Part shown: positions 57,726 through 64,000 of the stretch, one piece after another | Layout: every line of letters begins with the position of its first letter | Numbering within the stretch: the first letter of the stretch is position 1 | Sequence record: OR757454.1 | Origin: Escherichia phage BYEP02 | Length of the DNA: 64,000 bases | Direction: 5' to 3' (one strand) | Translations under genes and position numbers: made by a program | The notes under the pieces: generated by a model | The model's database searches: none | The model's input: only the letters and a program-made list of their open reading frames with translations | Told to the model about the DNA's origin: nothing

Positions 57726-58364
57726 TTATAACGCTTTTTTCATGGCCTCTGCGAGAGCCATATAGGCGTCATCGGCACTTGTATCGGCTTCCGCCGTCTG
57801 TGATTCGGTAATTTCCTTAGGAGTTACCCATGCATCTGGAGCACTTGGACCCCATACTGCATCAACACCTACAGTTAATTTGAATCCTTCGTTTACGATA
57901 CGATAACCTTTATTTGTGTCAGTCAATGAACCTAATCCACGAGAAGAAACTCCTGGAATCCATCCGGCACGAATATTAGCTGCTAATTTATCTCCAGGAC
58001 CGTGGTCACCTTCAATAACACGAGCTCGTCCGTATACGTCATTTCCTTTCCACCACATATCTTCTATAATGATAGCGGCTTGCATCGGGTCAACATTAGC
58101 GCGTGGAGGATGATTTAATTCTCCGAGAGCTTGTTTAGTTAAAACTTGCTCATTAATATAGTCTTTTACCGCTTTTTCTAATATGCGTTTTGGATAAAGA
58201 CGTTTATTTCTATTGACGACTTCTGCTTGCATGAATATTCCTTCGATGTATAAACCCGGTTTTAAACCTAAGTCTTTTCCATCATGGGATTCAAGCATTG
58301 GCACACCATCAATAATTTCGCCAGGTTGACCCCAAGTTTCAATTAGTAATTGGGGTTCATTCAT
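57726..58364 (-). CDS. 21: gp21 prohead core protease
   Basis: 212 aa [29 protein letters not shown]... Confidence 0.85.
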   Translation of the reverse strand: MNEPQLLIETWGQPGEIIDGVPMLESHDGKDLGLKPGLYIEGIFMQAEVVNRNKRLYPKRILEKAVKDYINEQVLTKQALGELNHPPRANVDPMQAAIIIEDMWWKGNDVYGRARVIEGDHGPGDKLAANIRAGWIPGVSSRGLGSLTDTNKGYRIVNEGFKLTVGVDAVWGPSAPDAWVTPKEITESQTAEADTSADDAYMALAEAMKKAL

Positions 58365-58789
58365 TAGCTTAATCCTAATGCTTTACGGCGTTTAAGAGCT
58401 TTTTTACGCTTACGCTGAGCACGAGATTGACCTGCTGGATTGGCAATCTTCGTTTTGGTAGCTTTGCGAGCAATTTGTCTACGTTTTGCTTTAGACAGCC
58501 CAGTGGTTTGAAATGCATTACGTTCGCGTGTTTTGCGGTCTTTAGTACGTGTAATTTCACCACGAGCTGAAACATGCTTAACAATGAATTCATTTAACGG
58601 CATATTTTCATTAATAGAAGCTAATGCAACTGCTAAATCAGTTTCATCATCAAGCATATTCTCGACAATTGTATTTATATCGTCTTTATTTAAAGCAGAA
58701 GACAATTCGTCAAAGCGACCCTGTGCTTCAGGAATAAGTGCTTCGACATTCTCGAGAACTAATTCATGAGTTTCAGGGATCAGAAGCAT
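58364..58789 (-). CDS. 68: gp68 prohead core protein
   Basis: 141 aa; position between 21 and 67. Confidence 0.7.
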
Positions 58790-59030
58790 TATTCATCATC
58801 CTCGTCTTCGTCATCTTCGTCAGAGTCTTTGTCTTTTTTGTCGTCTTTATCATCACCATCTTCGTCATCATCCTCGTCTTCAGGTTCTTCACCTTCGATT
58901 AAGAAATTACGAGCGATAGCGATTTTTTCTTCTTTAATTAAATCAATCGTTCTTGCAGCCATGGCTTCAGCAAATAATTTACGAGCGGCTACGAGGTCGT
59001 TTGATTTAATAGCTTCAATTAAACCTTCCA

Positions 59031-59031
<1 letters not shown>
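58789..59031 (-). CDS. 67: gp67 prohead core protein (acidic)
   Basis: 80 aa ending in Asp/Glu-rich tail. Confidence 0.7.
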
Positions 59032-60733
<1,702 letters not shown>

Positions 60734-60765
60734 TTAAGCAGGATGGGGATTTCTCCCCATTCATT

Positions 60766-61257
60766 TTATTCCCAATAATCGAGAGCGAGAGTTACTTCAA
60801 AGGTTTGGATTTCATTGTTTGAATCCCAATCTAATTGAAGTTCACCCACGTTGGTAGGCCACAGACCTTTAATTTCAATTTCTTTTGTTACTGTTTTAGC
60901 GTCACGAGCATATTGACGAACGATAGCGCTCTTTTTATACTCTGCAGGTTTTCCACCAGTAATTTCGTTTCCTTGCCCCGCAGCAATGCTTTGCCAATCA
61001 ACGAACTTCTGACGAGCATCATGAGCTTCATCGTTCATTACTGTAACAGTCCAGTCATCGAATGTACGATCGCCTGCTACATTAATTTTACGGTTCATAA
61101 ATCCGACTGGAATTTTTTCTACAATACCAGCTGGTAAAGCAGTGGCTTTACACTGAAACGTAAAATTTTGTCCAAGATAAGAAATTTCTACTTGGAATAA
61201 GTTAGGTCGAGCAAAATCACCAGATTCAAACGCTCGTGTTACATCATCTACAAACAT
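60766..61257 (-). CDS. 19: gp19 tail tube protein
   Basis: 163 aa MFVDDVTRAFESGDFARPNLFQVEISYLGQNF... Confidence 0.85.
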   Translation of the reverse strand: MFVDDVTRAFESGDFARPNLFQVEISYLGQNFTFQCKATALPAGIVEKIPVGFMNRKINVAGDRTFDDWTVTVMNDEAHDARQKFVDWQSIAAGQGNEITGGKPAEYKKSAIVRQYARDAKTVTKEIEIKGLWPTNVGELQLDWDSNNEIQTFEVTLALDYWE

Positions 61258-61271
61258 ATTAGCCTCTGTAG

Positions 61272-61279
61272 TATTTATA
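61272..61279 (-). promoter_or_regulatory. late promoter motif TATAAATA upstream of gene 19 (second motif at 61331-61338)
   Basis: TATTTATA on plus strand 15 nt upstream of gene 19 start. Confidence 0.4.
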
Positions 61280-61373
61280 TCCCTATGTTTAACCTAGGGC
61301 ATATAGAATTAAAGAATTAAGGATATAGTGTATTTATATGGCCTGCCGAAACAGGCCTTTAGAATGCACCGTA

Positions 61374-63507
61374 TTAACCTGCAAGACCAGTTAACTCGTC
61401 GAAATCTGCACCAGTAGCAGTTGCGACGAAATTAAGTTGGATATAATTTATACTTCTAGCCGGTTGGATGTAGAATGTTGCAACAAACTCATTTCTATCA
61501 ATTACTGACGGAGTGTTATTTGTTGTATCGCAAACTACACGATATTCATAAATTCCACCGAGAGCTTTAATTCCCTGTAAGTATTGGGCAGTTTCTGTGC
61601 GGAACGATGAACGGGTAAACGCGTTGTTTAATTCGAACAAACGATATTTTGAACTACGTCCGATATTCGTTTTCAACATATTAAACAGACGACGAACGTT
61701 AATACGATCAAATGGAGAAGGAACAGAAGTAGCTGTTTTATCACCATACAATACGTAACCATCACCACCTGTACCGGTTACCGGGTTGATAGCTTCTTGG
61801 TATAAACGGTCGCGCTGAGCCTGGCGAGTTTCAATAGCAAGTTTAATAACGTTAAGAATCTGACCACGATTATAACCAGCTGGAGACATCCAAGTCTGAG
61901 ATACGTTATCAGTTCTTGCGCATAAACCAGCAATATCAGCTGCTAATGGAACCCAGCGATTGACATCATTATATTTGTCATACTGATATTTGTAGTTACC
62001 ATCAATTGCTGCATAGGTTGAACTGATATTAAAGTTATTATCAGTGTATGAACCTGTTGCGGTTCTCCAATTGACTAAGTTATCAACAGCGCGAGTTACA
62101 GGAATTCCAACTACAGTTTCGCGCGGTGGTGAGCACAATACTAAGCAATCCTGGCGAGCATCCCCGATTGAAACGACGTGTTTTTGGACAGTAGATGCTG
62201 TTTCTAAAGATTCACCGGCACAAGAACCCGCAATAAACAACTGAACGTCAACAGATTCACGGTCAGCAAAGAAGTCCCAGGCTTCCATTAAATCTCCTGC
62301 TGTTACTTCAGCATTTGATGATAATCCACCAGACAGAGTTAAAATTCCAGAGAAGCCTTCTGGCCAGTTTTGTGCAGTTGCAAAAATATATTCTGAACCA
62401 CCTTTTGCGAAAAAGTCATCGATATAGATGTTACTATCGTAAATATCTTTTTCACCGCGCTTTGTTGAAAGAACAACGCTTTGAACAATAGCATCATTAC
62501 GACGAACTATAATAGCGTACTGTGAATCAGTTTGTGGTCCATATCCAAACACAGTTTTAGCAGTAGATGCACGAGTACCACCGCCTGGATAAATTGGGAG
62601 TAATGCAGAAGCACCTTTTGCATAGTCAGCTTTAGATACTATTTCAATTTCAATTTTATCGCCTAATTCGCCTGGATAAAGCGCTACTACTCCTGGAATT
62701 CCGTATTTTTCGAGATTTGCTTGAAAGCCAACCTCTGTCATAGCAGCTTCAGCATTTTCAATTTCAGCTAATAAAATACCAGAATCAGTAATAATTTTTC
62801 CAAGAGTTATTACTGCAGCTAAACCAGAGCATTTTCAATTTCAGCTAATAAAATACCAGAATCAGTAATAATTTTTCCAAGAGTTATTACTGCAGCTAAA
62901 CCAGAGGAAGATGAAGAAATTTCCGCAGTCCAGTTAGAACCTAATTCCGGATATTCACCGACTTCTTTAGCTTTAGCGATAATTTTTGCAGTAGGAATAT
63001 TAATTTTCTTAATTTTTCCATCTACGTCTACTTCAGTAATTTTACCTTCAGTTTCAATAGCATCTGAAACATATTTGACCGTGATTTTATCTCCAACTGC
63101 GTAGTTACTACCTGGGGTAGAAATTGTGTATTCAATATTACCGGCAATCGGAGATGAGTTTTTAGCGGTATCTCTATCGACAGCACGCACAACTCGCAAA
63201 TCATTTCCATATTGTAAGAAATTCATTGCAGACATAAAATAGTCAGCAGTTTCAGCTGTAGGTTGACCAAAAGTATTAACTAAATCTACTTCATTTGTAA
63301 CCTGTTTGATCTGAAAAGCAGGACCCCACTGGAATTTACCGGCCAAAGCTGCTGTACCAGTAGAGTTATTAACCACGGTGCTTTGAACTGAAAAGCAGGA
63401 CCCCACTGGAATTTACCGGCCAAAGCTGCTGTACCAGTAGAGTTATTAACCACGGTGCTTTGAACCGTAGTTTCTTTGAGCTCAATGCCCGGAGATAATA
63501 AAGTCAT
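61374..63507 (-). CDS. 18: gp18 tail sheath protein, frame broken by two 77-bp duplications
   Basis: MTLLSPGIELKETTVQSTVVNNSTGTAALAGKF...; 2134 nt minus 154 = 659 aa + stop. Confidence 0.85.
62751..62904. repeat. 77-bp direct tandem duplication inside gene 18
   Basis: copies 62751-62827 and 62828-62904; identical. Confidence 0.9.
63311..63464. repeat. 77-bp direct tandem duplication inside gene 18
   Basis: copies 63311-63387 and 63388-63464; identical. Confidence 0.9.
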
Positions 63508-63535
63508 TTTTAATCCTCTTTAATATGCTTTAATA

Positions 63536-64000
<465 letters not shown>

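Overview
The window is a reverse-complement slice of a T4-like (Tequatrovirus-type) myovirus genome, but the sequence as written carries 31 exact-length 77-bp tandem duplications that frameshift many essential genes. Gene calls rest on ORF lengths and on protein sequences that match T4 proteins from memory; no database search was run. Layout: asiA and holin t (1.2-2.1 kb); long tail fibre genes 38-37-36-35-34 on the minus strand (2.1-11.9 kb); a plus-strand early block rnh, dsbA, 33, 59, 32, frd, td, nrdA, nrdB, denA, rnlA, alc, spanin pair, pseT, cd, 31, rIII, DNA ligase 30, alt (12-38.6 kb); minus-strand baseplate genes 54, 48, 29, 28, 27, 51, then 26, 25, uvsY (plus), uvsW (minus), inh, hoc, rnlB; and minus-strand head/tail genes 24, 23, 22, 21, 68, 67, 20, 19, 18 and the 3' part of 17. 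Removing one copy of each duplication restores ORF lengths equal to the T4 orthologues, so the most likely explanation is an assembly, consensus or synthetic artefact rather than biology. It is not T4 itself: td and nrdB are intronless, no seg-type ORF lies between 23 and 24, and extra ORFs sit at the frd/td and td/nrdA junctions. I found no convincingly novel multi-gene system; the best biological leads are a NADAR/YbiA-like ORF, a DUF4326-like ORF, a decayed alt paralogue and a 54-bp repeated early-promoter cassette. No tRNA, rRNA or CRISPR was detected.
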